DNA of 64,000 nucleotides from an uncultured Actinomycetota bacterium (GCA_963770565.1 CAVYQE010000011.1:320001-384000); one strand, 5' to 3'. Positions 51,864 through 61,785 are shown, counted from the stretch's first letter. The notes: generated by a model not told the origin, from the sequence alone. Program-made: numbers and translations.

Positions 51864-54164
51864 GTGACTCGGTTCAGCATCGTGCTACCCGTCTACAACG
51901 TGCGGGCGTACCTGCGGGAGTGCCTCGACTCCATCCTCGGCCAGACCTTCGGTGACTTCGAGCTGATCGCCGTCGACGACTGCTCGCCCGACCACAGCGG
52001 CGAGATCCTCGACGAGTACGCCGACGCCGATCCCCGAGTGCACGTCATCCACCTGGCCGAGAACGTGGGGCTCGGGTTGGCTCGGGAGGCGGGCATCGCC
52101 CGGGCGACCGGCGACTACCTGCTGTTCGTCGACAGCGATGACCTGATGACCCCGGGATCGCTCGCCGCGATTGCGCGGCGGATCGACGCCACGGCAGAGC
52201 CGGACATCGTGCTGTTCGACTACGCACGTCTGTACTGGAACGGCTCGCTCGTGCGCAACCAGCTGGCCGGGTTGCTGAGCCGGCCGGGCCCCGAGGTCTT
52301 CGCGATCGACGAGCGCTCCGAGCTGCTGACCCTGTTAATGGTGGTGTGGAACAAGGCGTATCGCCGGGAGTTCGTCACCGCCGGCGACTTCCACTTCCCG
52401 ACCGGCTTCTATGAAGACACACCCTGGACCTACCAGACCCTGCTCTTCGCGAAGCGAATCGCCATCCTCGACCGGGTGTGCATCCACTACCGGATGCGAC
52501 GGGAGGCGGGCAACATCCTGAAGAGCCGGTCGCGCAAGCATTTCGCGATCTTCGACCAGTGGGCGCTGGTCTTCGGGTGGCTCGACCAACACCGCGACCT
52601 CGAGCACTGGCGGGCGTTCCTGCTCCGCCGTGAGCTGGAGCACACCACCACGATCATGGAGAGCCCTCGACGGCTTCCGCCGGATGCCCGCCGGGAGTTC
52701 TTCACGCGCACGCACGACGACTATCTGCGCTACAAGCCGGCCGAGCCGGTGCCGGTCCCGGAGGGCCTCGACGGAGCCCGGATCCGGCTGGTCATGCGTA
52801 ACGCGTATCTGCGCTTCCGCCTGCTGAGCTCGACGATGCGAGCGGTTGCCAAGGTTGGTAAAGCGCGCCGCTCGGTCCGGCGCCGGATCGGGAGGCAGTA
52901 CCGTCGCGGGGTCCGGGTGGTCAAGCGGGTCTACTACCTGCTTCAGCTCCGGCTGCCGCTCGACCCGAACCTCGCGGTCTTCGGCGCGTACTGGTATCGC
53001 GGTGTGCAGTGCAGCCCGGCAGCGATCTACTTCAAGGCCCGCGAGCTGGTTCCGCAGGTGCGGGGCGTGTTCGTCATCGCCGATCCTCGGGCCACTGAGA
53101 TCCCGCCAGAGGTCGACTGGGTCCTGGTGGACTCAGTGGCGTACTACCGCCTCCTGGCGAGGGCGAAGTACTTCGTCAACAACGTGAACTTCCCGAGCGT
53201 CGTCCGCAAGCGACGTGGCGCCGTACACCTTCAGACCCAGCACGGAACGCCGCTGAAGAAGATGGGCCTCGACCTGCAGGACTATCCGGTCGGTGCCAAC
53301 CAGATGGATTTCGCCGGGTTGATGCGGCGGGTGGATCGATGGGACTTCAACATCTCGTCGAACCGATTCTCGACCGAGGTCTGGGAGCGGTCGTATCCCG
53401 CTCGGTTCGAGATCCTCGAGGTCGGCTATCCACGGAACGATCGCCTGGTCAACGCCACCGGCGCGGAGGCATCGGCGATCCGCGAGCAGCTCGGGCTGCC
53501 CAGCGATGCTCGGGTCGTTCTGTTCGCGCCGACGTTTCGGGACTATCGCGACTCGTTCGACCCAGAGGTCGACCTGGCCGCCCTCGTCGACGCGATCGGT
53601 CCGGACGGCGTCTTGCTGGTCCGGGCGCACTACTTCATCGAGCCGGACGGGAGCCGGCTCAGCGAGCTGGCCGGATCGGGACGGATTCGCGACGTGTCGC
53701 GCTACCCGTCGGTCGAGGACCTGTGCGTCGCGTCAGACGCGCTGCTGACCGACTACTCCTCGATCATGTTCGACTACGCGAACCTCGACCGCCCGATCGC
53801 GATCTACGCCTACGACTGGGACACTTACGTGCGGACCCGCGGGGTCAACTTCGACCTCGTCGCGGAGCCGCCGGGTGTCGTGGCAGGCACCGCCGAGGAG
53901 CTGATCGCCGCGTTTCGCGACGGTGAGGTCTGGGGCGAGCCGGCCGCGAAGCTCCGCGCGGAGTTCCGCCGCAGGTTCTGCTCGTACGACGACGGCCACG
54001 CGGCGGAGCGGGTCGTACGACGGGTCTTCCTCGGCGAGCCGCTGCCGCCCCGGATGGACTCCGAGTCGACCGCCGTTGCGGACCTTGACGCCGAGCGCGA
54101 CGCGGGCGAACCGAGCGAAGGGCCGGCGGCGCTCGAACCCAACGACGATACGGTTGTGGGGTGA
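51864..54164 (+). CDS. GT2 glycosyltransferase + TagF-like CDP-glycerol glycerophosphotransferase
   Basis: LPVYNVR, VDDCSPD, FVDSDD; QTQHGTPLK, GYPRND, APTFR, TDYSS. Confidence 0.9.
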   Translation: MTRFSIVLPVYNVRAYLRECLDSILGQTFGDFELIAVDDCSPDHSGEILDEYADADPRVHVIHLAENVGLGLAREAGIARATGDYLLFVDSDDLMTPGSLAAIARRIDATAEPDIVLFDYARLYWNGSLVRNQLAGLLSRPGPEVFAIDERSELLTLLMVVWNKAYRREFVTAGDFHFPTGFYEDTPWTYQTLLFAKRIAILDRVCIHYRMRREAGNILKSRSRKHFAIFDQWALVFGWLDQHRDLEHWRAFLLRRELEHTTTIMESPRRLPPDARREFFTRTHDDYLRYKPAEPVPVPEGLDGARIRLVMRNAYLRFRLLSSTMRAVAKVGKARRSVRRRIGRQYRRGVRVVKRVYYLLQLRLPLDPNLAVFGAYWYRGVQCSPAAIYFKARELVPQVRGVFVIADPRATEIPPEVDWVLVDSVAYYRLLARAKYFVNNVNFPSVVRKRRGAVHLQTQHGTPLKKMGLDLQDYPVGANQMDFAGLMRRVDRWDFNISSNRFSTEVWERSYPARFEILEVGYPRNDRLVNATGAEASAIREQLGLPSDARVVLFAPTFRDYRDSFDPEVDLAALVDAIGPDGVLLVRAHYFIEPDGSRLSELAGSGRIRDVSRYPSVEDLCVASDALLTDYSSIMFDYANLDRPIAIYAYDWDTYVRTRGVNFDLVAEPPGVVAGTAEELIAAFRDGEVWGEPAAKLRAEFRRRFCSYDDGHAAERVVRRVFLGEPLPPRMDSESTAVADLDAERDAGEPSEGPAALEPNDDTVVG

Positions 54165-55240
54165 AGACGGGGCCCTCGCGCTACGTGGGCGCCGGGGACC
54201 GGCCGATCTTCATCGGCGCCTGCCCGCGCTCCGGGACGACCTTGCTCCGGACCATGCTCAACACCCACCCGGACATCGCGATCCCGCGCGAAACGAAGAT
54301 CGTGCCCATCCTCTGGGAGCATCGGGCGCGCTGGCAGCGGCTGGACGAGGAGTCGGAGCGCGAGCGGCTCGCCCAGACCATCGCGGACACCTCGTGGACC
54401 AGGGCCGACCGGTTCGGGACGCCCATCGACGAGCTGGTCAAACGGTTGGTCGACGCACCGCCGACGCTCGGCTCGATCTTTGGCACCTGCTTCCAGCTCT
54501 ATGCCGAGTCCACCGGCAAGTGGCGCTGGGGCGACAAGCGGCCGATGTACGCGCGCTACATGGACGCGGTCTTCTCGCTGTTTCCCGACGCTCAGTTCAT
54601 CAACTGCATCCGCGACCCGCGAGCCTCGGTGGCGTCGATGCGCAAGATCGGCTGGTACGACGGGCAGGTCGCGCCTGGCCTCGACCTCTGGGAGCGGTCG
54701 GTCCGCGCGGTCGAGCCTTGGCGCAGCGTGCTGCACGCCGACCAGTTGCTCGATCTGCGCTACGAGGATCTGGTCGGCGAGCCGGAAGCGACGCTGTCAG
54801 GCCTCGCCGACTACCTCACGCTGTCGCAGGAGTCGGTCCCGGTCATGCTGACCTACCAGGACAACGTGGACGAGACCGCGATGAGATATCACTCCCGGCT
54901 CAGCGAACCGATCACTACCGACACCGTGCATGCGTGGGAGGAGATCCTCAGCGCCGACGAGGTCGCGCTCGTGGAGCAGGTCGCCGGGCCGTGGATGGAT
55001 GCGTTCGGGTACGAGCGATCGGCAACTGGCGCCCGCCCGTCGACGGCGCTCCTCGAGGCCTATCAGCGCCGCCACCGGGAGATCGCCAAGGAGCGCCGCG
55101 AGATGGAGATCGAGGAGTTCAAGCGGTTGTTCATCTGCCGCCAGCCGGTTGCGGCCCGCCTGACCACGGCGCAGCAGCGGGTCACCGGACGGCCTGACCT
55201 GCCCCCGTTCTGGAAGCGGCATATCGGCAAGCCGCGTTGA
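54161..55240 (+). CDS. Sulfotransferase (Sulfotransfer_3-like)
   Basis: FIGACPRSGTTLL, WGDKRP, IRDPRAS, RYEDLV. Confidence 0.85.
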   Translation: MKTGPSRYVGAGDRPIFIGACPRSGTTLLRTMLNTHPDIAIPRETKIVPILWEHRARWQRLDEESERERLAQTIADTSWTRADRFGTPIDELVKRLVDAPPTLGSIFGTCFQLYAESTGKWRWGDKRPMYARYMDAVFSLFPDAQFINCIRDPRASVASMRKIGWYDGQVAPGLDLWERSVRAVEPWRSVLHADQLLDLRYEDLVGEPEATLSGLADYLTLSQESVPVMLTYQDNVDETAMRYHSRLSEPITTDTVHAWEEILSADEVALVEQVAGPWMDAFGYERSATGARPSTALLEAYQRRHREIAKERREMEIEEFKRLFICRQPVAARLTTAQQRVTGRPDLPPFWKRHIGKPR

Positions 55241-55417
55241 CTTTCGACGGACGCTAAGCCGGGTCGCTCGCCGCCGCGGGCCGCTGCGGCGACTACGCTT
55301 TGGCAGCGGCGCTGACCCTCATCGTTATCGGTGATCCGGTCCTCCGGTGGCGGGCGCCGTCTCTCCACCAGAGCCGACCGGCGCGGGTGCGGGTGCTACC
55401 GCTGCAGAAGGAATGCT

Positions 55418-56149
55418 GTGATCGGGATTGTCCTAGCGGCCGGCGCAGGCCGTCGGCTGGCGCCGCTGACCGACGACCTGCCGAAGACACTGCTGCCGGT
55501 CGACGGCGAGACGACGATCCTCGACATCGCACTGTCGAACCTGGCCGCGATCGGGCTGGATGAGGTCGTCGTGGTGACCGGCTTCGCGTCCCACCAGATC
55601 GACCAGCGGCTTCCGGACCTTCAAGCCCGGCACGGGGTGCAGTTGCGGGTGGTCTGGAACGAGCGGGCGCTGGAGTGGAACAACGCTTACTCGTTGTGGT
55701 TGGCCCGCGACTTCCTGGTCGGCGGGGCAATGCTCTGCAACGGCGACACGGTGCACCCGGTCTCGGTCGAGAAGACGCTTCTGGCCCAGGAGCCGCGGGA
55801 GATCCTGCTCGCGCTCGACGACCAGAAGACGCTGGCCGATGAGGAGATGAAGGTGGTGCTCGGCCCAACCGGCTCGATGCAGCGCATCAACAAGGCGGTC
55901 GATCCACGCGAGGCCGGCGGTGAATACATCGGCGTGACCCGGATCGAGCCGGCCGCCGCCGAAGGCCTCGCCGACGCGCTGGAGGCGACCTGGCGCCGCG
56001 ACCCCAACCTGTACTACGAAGACGGCTACCAGGAGTACGCCGACCGTGGCGGGCTCGTCGAGGTTGCCTCGATCGGCGACGCTGAGTGGGTCGAGGTCGA
56101 CAACCACGCCGATCTCGAACGAGCGAAGGGGATCGCATGGCGCTACTAG
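55418..56149 (+). CDS. Sugar/polyol-phosphate nucleotidyltransferase (LicC/IPCT-like cytidylyltransferase)
   Basis: VLAAGAGRRL...LPKTL, NNAYSL, NGD, EEMKV, WVEVDNHAD. Confidence 0.85.
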   Translation: MIGIVLAAGAGRRLAPLTDDLPKTLLPVDGETTILDIALSNLAAIGLDEVVVVTGFASHQIDQRLPDLQARHGVQLRVVWNERALEWNNAYSLWLARDFLVGGAMLCNGDTVHPVSVEKTLLAQEPREILLALDDQKTLADEEMKVVLGPTGSMQRINKAVDPREAGGEYIGVTRIEPAAAEGLADALEATWRRDPNLYYEDGYQEYADRGGLVEVASIGDAEWVEVDNHADLERAKGIAWRY

Positions 56150-57195
56150 CGCGAATGATCTATGCCCCCCTGAGCCTCGACATCGGTCCGGGTGCGATCG
56201 CCGGCCTCCATGGCCTGCTGGCCGAGGGTGGGATCTCCCGCGGCGGGAAGGTCGCCGTGCTCGTCGGCAGCGGCCAGGGCGAGGAGATCGAGAAGGTGCT
56301 TCGCGACACCCTGGAGTCGGCCGACTTCGTCCGGGTGACCTCGGCCTCGATTGAGCACGCGCGCGACCTCGCCGCGACCCTGCAGCCCTCTTCCTATGAC
56401 GCGGTGGTCGGAATCGGCGGCGGGCGGACCCTCGACGTGGCGAAGTACATCGCGTCGGTGGTGGCACTGCCGATGGTTGCGGTGGCGACCAACCTGGCCC
56501 ATGACGGTCTTGCGTCGCCGGTCGCTTCGCTGGAGTACGCCGGGCGCAAGGGGTCGTACGGCGTCCACATCCCGGTGGCGGTGATCGTCGACCTCGACTA
56601 CGTCCAACGGTCACCGCGGCGGATGCTCGCGGCCGGGGTCGGCGACGTGGTGAGCAACCTGTCCGCGCTCGCGGACTGGAAGCTTGCCGCCGAGGTCCGC
56701 AGCGAACGGGTCGACGGCATCGCCGCGGCGTTCGCCCGGTCGGCGGCTGAAGCGGTGATCGGCCGGACGGATTCGGTCGAGTCGATGGAGTTCATCACCG
56801 TCCTTGCCGAGGCGCTGGTGCTCTCCGGCCTGTCGATGGCGGTGGCCGGCAGCAGCCGGCCCTGCAGCGGCGGCGACCACGAGATCCTGCACGCGATCGA
56901 CCAGCTGTATCCGGGCACCAGCAACCACGGTGAGCTGGCCGGCCTCGGTGCGCTGTTCTGCGCGCACCTCCGTGACGACGATGTGCACGCGCAGGCGATC
57001 GAGGCCTGCCTGCGCCGGCACGGGCTCCCTCGGTCACCCCTTGACGTCGGTCTGACCGCCGAGCAGTTCGTCACCGCGGTCGAGCTTGCGCCGAGCACCC
57101 GGCCAGACCGCTACACGATCCTCGAGCACCTCGACCTGTCCCACGAGGCGATCGAGAACCAGGTCGAGAAGTTCCTTGCGACGATCGGAGAGTGA
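56137..57195 (+). CDS. NAD(P)-dependent sn-glycerol-1-phosphate dehydrogenase-like protein (EgsA/AraM family)
   Basis: GIGGGRTLDVAKY, TNLAHDGLASP, AGVGD, SRPCSGGDHEILHAID, HGE. Confidence 0.8.
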   Translation: MALLARMIYAPLSLDIGPGAIAGLHGLLAEGGISRGGKVAVLVGSGQGEEIEKVLRDTLESADFVRVTSASIEHARDLAATLQPSSYDAVVGIGGGRTLDVAKYIASVVALPMVAVATNLAHDGLASPVASLEYAGRKGSYGVHIPVAVIVDLDYVQRSPRRMLAAGVGDVVSNLSALADWKLAAEVRSERVDGIAAAFARSAAEAVIGRTDSVESMEFITVLAEALVLSGLSMAVAGSSRPCSGGDHEILHAIDQLYPGTSNHGELAGLGALFCAHLRDDDVHAQAIEACLRRHGLPRSPLDVGLTAEQFVTAVELAPSTRPDRYTILEHLDLSHEAIENQVEKFLATIGE

Positions 57196-57201
57196 GGGCG
57201 C

Positions 57202-58182
57202 TTAGCGACCGAGTCGCTGCAGCAGCCCGGTGCGCTTCGACTTGCCCTTGCGCGGCGCCGTCGTCCCCGGCTCCGGGGTGCGGCCCTGACGGCACTGGTC
57301 GAGCTCGTAGTTGATCCGCCGGGCCCGGCGCGACAGATCGCCGATCCGCTCACCGCGCTCAGCGATCATCGCGGTGGCCGCGAGGACGTCCGGGCCGTAC
57401 TCCTCGGTCCTCAGCTTCGGCGGCTTCGGGTCGTCGTAGTCGAGCTTGGCGAAGTCGTCGGCGTACAGCAGCGCGATCGCGTCGAGGATGTGCTGCGGGA
57501 AGGCCCGCTCGATCGCCGGGAGCGGGGTCTCGTTGCTGCGGCTCGGCTCCAGCTCACCGGACCAGCCCTGCTTGTCGAGGTGGGCCCGCAGATCATCGAG
57601 CATGGTCCGGAACTCCGACGTGTCGTAGATCCGGTCGTACGGCATGGACCCGACGTTGAGCAGGAGGCTCTGCGACTGGAAGTGGTTGTCCTGCATGATC
57701 TGTGAGGTCGGATCCGCCGCCGCCGCGCGGACGAACCGATCCCAGTCCTCGAGCACGTCGTCGGTGGACTGGGGGATGCGAGGCATCCAAGGCTCGTTGG
57801 CGTACTGGACGAGGAAGCGTGGCTCGCGCAGCAGGAACTTCGACTGCCAGGCCGACCAGAGCCGCATGCCCGGATGTCGGGTCATGGTGAAGGACAACCA
57901 GCCGTTGTCAGGGCTGATCTCGGCCAGTTGCGCATCGTCGAGGTCGCGGAGGTTGGGCGTGGTGTCGTTCCAGAGGAAGTGCCGGTGGTGGATCGTGGTG
58001 GCGCGGCTGGTCTCGCTGCTCAGCGACGAATAGAAGACCTTGGGCTCGATCCCCTGGATGTCGGCAAGCAGCCACTTGATCGTCGTGCAGGCCGCTTTCG
58101 GGGTCGAGACGTAGACCAGCTTCCACTTCGGAAGAACGAAGGTGGCGTGCTTTCGAAGCGGCGGGACCTCGTCAGCCTTCAT
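57202..58182 (-). CDS. Sulfotransferase family 2 protein
   Basis: YVSTPKAACTTIK, RHPGMRLWSAW, DNHF.Q, terminal LYADDF. Confidence 0.8.
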   Translation of the reverse strand: MKADEVPPLRKHATFVLPKWKLVYVSTPKAACTTIKWLLADIQGIEPKVFYSSLSSETSRATTIHHRHFLWNDTTPNLRDLDDAQLAEISPDNGWLSFTMTRHPGMRLWSAWQSKFLLREPRFLVQYANEPWMPRIPQSTDDVLEDWDRFVRAAAADPTSQIMQDNHFQSQSLLLNVGSMPYDRIYDTSEFRTMLDDLRAHLDKQGWSGELEPSRSNETPLPAIERAFPQHILDAIALLYADDFAKLDYDDPKPPKLRTEEYGPDVLAATAMIAERGERIGDLSRRARRINYELDQCRQGRTPEPGTTAPRKGKSKRTGLLQRLGR

Positions 58183-58325
58183 GTCACCGTTCCGTCGAAG
58201 CGGACCCACCGGGTCGAGGTCCTTACCGGATCGACGCTAGCAAACCGAGCGCGCCCGGGCCGGTAGCCCACGACGACCATGGCGGGGCCGGATCCGGCCC
58301 GCCCTGGCAGTACCGTGGGCTGACC

Positions 58326-59015
58326 ATGAGCACTCAATCTTCCCTGGCCGATCTTGCCGCGTCCGGTGGCACCCGCTTCGACTTCTGGAGCCGCGTCGTT
58401 GCGAATCGCAAGGTGCAGCGACTGGCCGAGATCGGGGTCTGGAAGGGCGACTTCGCCGAGGCGCTGCTCTCGACCTGCCCGGACATCGAGACCTACTACC
58501 TGGTCGATCCGTGGAAGCACCTCGACGACTGGGAGAAGCCGGCCAACGTCGACGACGACCGGTTCAGCGAGCACTACGCGGGCGTGATCGCGCGAACCGA
58601 GCCATGGGCCGAGAAGCGGGTCGTGCTCCGCGGCCGTACCACCGAGGTCTCGGACCAGATCCCCGATGACTCGTTGGACTTCGCCTACATCGACGGCGAC
58701 CACTCGTTGCGCGGCATCTCGATCGACCTCGTGCAAATGTGGCCGAAGATTCGCGCGGGCGGGCTGATCGGCGGCGACGACTTCCAGCCGAGTGTGTGGC
58801 AGCACTCCGGGAAGTTCGAGCCGACCGTCGTGTTTCCCTTGGCGGTCTATTTCGCCGAGGCGGTCGGCGCCTGCATCGAAGCCTTTCCGCGCAGCCAGTT
58901 CGCCATCCACAAGACGAACGATCGGTTCATCTTCGTCGACCACACCGGCAAGTACGGCGATCTCACCTTGCGCACTGCGCTGCGTGGGCGAAATCGCCAG
59001 CGCGCCAACAACTAG
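58326..59015 (+). CDS. Class I SAM methyltransferase (Methyltransf_24-like)
   Basis: AEIGVWKG, LVDPW, DFAYIDGDH, GGLIGGDD. Confidence 0.85.
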   Translation: MSTQSSLADLAASGGTRFDFWSRVVANRKVQRLAEIGVWKGDFAEALLSTCPDIETYYLVDPWKHLDDWEKPANVDDDRFSEHYAGVIARTEPWAEKRVVLRGRTTEVSDQIPDDSLDFAYIDGDHSLRGISIDLVQMWPKIRAGGLIGGDDFQPSVWQHSGKFEPTVVFPLAVYFAEAVGACIEAFPRSQFAIHKTNDRFIFVDHTGKYGDLTLRTALRGRNRQRANN

Positions 59016-60208
59016 GCGCTGCCGGACCGCGTCCGGCGGTCACGAAGCGGCCGGGTCAGACGCCGTCTGACCCGGTTGATCACCACCGCTGCCAGTTGGC
59101 GGGTCGTCGTGCCGTCGATCGTTCGGGGCTCGACCGCGTAGACCGCCGAGATCGGTTTGGCGCCGGTGTACGCGATGATCGCGCCGGCGACCGCGTCCTT
59201 TGCCGCTTCGACACTGAGCATGGCTTCCTCGACCGGCGTCTCGTCGGCGTCTGGTGCCGCTACGGCACTCAGGGCGTCGAGGTTGCCCAGGACGTGAACG
59301 CCGCTCTTCGCGATTCGCTCTGCGGCCGCGGCGGCAATGTCGTTCGCCTGCCTGACCGCCCACGACGGCGTTGCAATCCGCGGCTCGTCCGGCGCGGGGA
59401 GCCGCTGCTGCAGTTGCCGGACCACGCCGGTTCGTACCAACTTGCCGTAGAGCTCGGCGGACCAGCCCCGCTCGTGAAACTCGATGTTGATGGCGCGGAT
59501 CAACTCGGTCTCAGCGGCGGTGAGGGAGCGGTTCGTGGATTCCTGATCGGTTCGCAGCAGGCCTTCGGGGAGGTCCAACACCCGCTCGAAGACGCGCGCC
59601 AGCCGGGTCCGATCGGACTCGTCGACGACAACCACCAGCACCCGGTCAGGACCCACGATCGAGGCCCAGCGATCGACGAGCATGTCGTGGTGGTGCCTGA
59701 ACCAGAACTGGCCGGCGGAGCCCTGCCCATCCTCGCCGTTGAGCACCTGGTCGAGCCAGTCGCGGTACGGCGTGCGCATCCGGTTGCGGACGTACTGCTG
59801 CCAGGCCGACGGCAACATGCTGGCCAGCGGCCGGAGCGTCACCACGACATGCACCCGGTCACCACCGAGCGCGGTCACCACCTGCCGGGCCACGTCGTCG
59901 GTGGCGTCATCGAAGTACTCGCTGCTGATCACCACGCGACGATCAGCAGCCGCCGTCGTGGCGGCGACCAGCTTGTCCCAGTCCGCGGGCTCGGGGGCAC
60001 GATCACCGGCCAGGCTCTTGCCGCCGCCGATCGCGAGCGCCGCTTTGTGCTGCGGACGGGTTCGCAGCGGGTAGACCACGCCGTGCCGGGCCAGCTCGGC
60101 TTGCGCTTCGAGCAGCGCGGCCTGGATTGCCGTCGTACCGGTCTTGTGCGGCCCGACGTGGAGCAGCAGGCCTTGCTCTGGCAGACGCAGGTCGGCGCCG
60201 AACGCCAT
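59012..60208 (-). CDS. P-loop/sulfotransferase-like protein
   Basis: LHVGPHKTGTTAIQ, ISSE, LRPLASMLPSAWQQ, NRSL. Confidence 0.7.
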   Translation of the reverse strand: MAFGADLRLPEQGLLLHVGPHKTGTTAIQAALLEAQAELARHGVVYPLRTRPQHKAALAIGGGKSLAGDRAPEPADWDKLVAATTAAADRRVVISSEYFDDATDDVARQVVTALGGDRVHVVVTLRPLASMLPSAWQQYVRNRMRTPYRDWLDQVLNGEDGQGSAGQFWFRHHHDMLVDRWASIVGPDRVLVVVVDESDRTRLARVFERVLDLPEGLLRTDQESTNRSLTAAETELIRAINIEFHERGWSAELYGKLVRTGVVRQLQQRLPAPDEPRIATPSWAVRQANDIAAAAAERIAKSGVHVLGNLDALSAVAAPDADETPVEEAMLSVEAAKDAVAGAIIAYTGAKPISAVYAVEPRTIDGTTTRQLAAVVINRVRRRLTRPLRDRRTRSGSA

Positions 60209-60256
60209 CGAACCCCCGATCCTCAGGCTGCCTGGCGATCCTGCGTCATGTTACGA

Positions 60257-60625
60257 CTAGAGCAAGGCCAGACCCAGGCCCGCCGCGGCGGCGCCGAGCC
60301 CGAGTACGACGCTGCCCGCGACGTTGGCCGCAGACCGCCCGATTGCGGGCGTCTCGGCCAGTGCGACCGACTCCCAGCAGTACGTGGACCACGTGGTGAA
60401 CCCGCCACACAGGCCGATCCCGACGATCTCGGCGAGATGGCTCGACAGTCCGTGGTGGGTCACGAGGCCGGTCGTGAGGCCGAGGACGAACGAACCGAGC
60501 ACATTGACGACCAGCGTTCCCCACGGGAACTGCGTGTCGTGCCGATGCTGGATCGTCCGGTCGAGGAGGTAGCGGAACACCGCGCCGAGGCCAGCGGCGA
60601 CACCGATTGCCAACGACAGGATCAC
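60257..60625 (-). CDS. crcB: Fluoride channel Fluc subunit
   Basis: GAVFRY, FPWGTLVVNVLGSF, GLCGGFTTWST. Confidence 0.92.
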   Translation of the reverse strand: MILSLAIGVAAGLGAVFRYLLDRTIQHRHDTQFPWGTLVVNVLGSFVLGLTTGLVTHHGLSSHLAEIVGIGLCGGFTTWSTYCWESVALAETPAIGRSAANVAGSVVLGLGAAAAGLGLALL

Positions 60626-61074
60626 GAGCTCGCCACCGGCCGTGAAGATGCAACGGTTCGGCCGATCGCGAGACCGAGCCGGGTAGCCGTCAGCCCGGCC
60701 ATGATGCTTCCTGCCATGTACAGCAGCGCCAGCCCGGCATGGCCGTGTCCGGCGAGCTGGTCGCTGGCCACCGTCACGGTCGAGAAGGTGGTGTAGGCGC
60801 CGCAGAACCCGGTGCCCAGGGCCGGCCGTAGATAGGTCGTGCGGGGCAGCAGCTCGAGGGCGAGCACGAGCAGCAATGCGAGCACGAAGGCGCCCGAGGT
60901 GTTGATGGCGAAGGTGGCCCACGGAAACCCGCCCGGCGGGGTGGGCCAGGCCAGCCCGATGCCGTAGCGGGCCAGGCCGCCGGCGAAACCGCCTGCGCCG
61001 ATGACCGCCACGATCCGCCAGACGTTCGCCGGCATCGGTCCTTGACGGCGAGGTCGTTCGCTGCGGCGATCCAT
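60622..61074 (-). CDS. crcB: Fluoride channel Fluc subunit
   Basis: GGLARY, FPWATFAINTSG, GFCGAYTTFST; GGAGG RBS 5 nt before ATG 61074. Confidence 0.92.
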   Translation of the reverse strand: MDRRSERPRRQGPMPANVWRIVAVIGAGGFAGGLARYGIGLAWPTPPGGFPWATFAINTSGAFVLALLLVLALELLPRTTYLRPALGTGFCGAYTTFSTVTVASDQLAGHGHAGLALLYMAGSIMAGLTATRLGLAIGRTVASSRPVASS

Positions 61075-61082
61075 CACAGCCT

Positions 61083-61147
61083 CCTACCCAGTTGGTAGGA
61101 ACCATTGGTCGCCGCTGCGACAGTTGTTGGCGGGTCCCACCGCCGTT
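61083..61147 (-). ncRNA. Fluoride (crcB) riboswitch
   Basis: Minus strand GGCGGTGGGACCCGCC-AACAACTGTCGCAGCGGCGACCAATGGTTCCTAC fits the crcB motif (GGCGRTGG..CGCC...AATGR.TCCTAC with pseudoknot); directly upstream of crcB. Confidence 0.8.
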
Positions 61148-61183
61148 ATTTCTCAGCCAATCGTAGTGGTCGGGACCGCGGCG

Positions 61184-61654
61184 TCAGTCGACCGGACTCG
61201 GCAAGCCCTCCGGAACGACCAGCACGGGCTTGCGTTGTTTCCGCATCAGCGCCTCGGGCACCGAGCCGTGGAGCAAGCGGGCGCCCAGACCACGACGGCT
61301 CGCACCGACGATGATGAACAGCGCATCGAGGTCGTGCGCTGCTTTGGCCAGCGCATGCGCCGGCTCGTCGCGAGCAGTGTCGTAGAACCAGTCGACCGAG
61401 CAGCCGGACAGCATCGCCTCGGCCTCGCGCCGCTCCTGTGCGATCGTCTGCTCGGCGGAGCTTTCCCAGTCGGCTGAGTCCGGGTCGATCGGGTAGTCCT
61501 GTAGATCGATGACGTGCAGGATGAAGAGCTTCGCGCGAATCGTGGCGGCCAGGTCGATGGCCACCTGGAGGGCCCGATGGCTCGCCGGGTGCCGGTCGAA
61601 TCCGACCAGTACCCGATGCCCGCCCTCGAGATGCGGTCCGCTGAAGGGTTCCAT
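61184..61654 (-). CDS. Universal stress protein
   Basis: RVLVGFD, ILHVID, IIVGASRR...LHGSVPEALM...PVLVVP. Confidence 0.88.
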   Translation of the reverse strand: MEPFSGPHLEGGHRVLVGFDRHPASHRALQVAIDLAATIRAKLFILHVIDLQDYPIDPDSADWESSAEQTIAQERREAEAMLSGCSVDWFYDTARDEPAHALAKAAHDLDALFIIVGASRRGLGARLLHGSVPEALMRKQRKPVLVVPEGLPSPVD

Positions 61655-61785
61655 CGCCGCCAAGAGCGTATCGCCGCGTCCGGACGCCGATACGATTGTT
61701 CCACGGTTGCCGAGACCAAGCGACTGCTCGTCGATTCGGCGAGCAATGAAAGCCCTCGTCCTGGCGCCGACAGGAAGCGGTTCGC

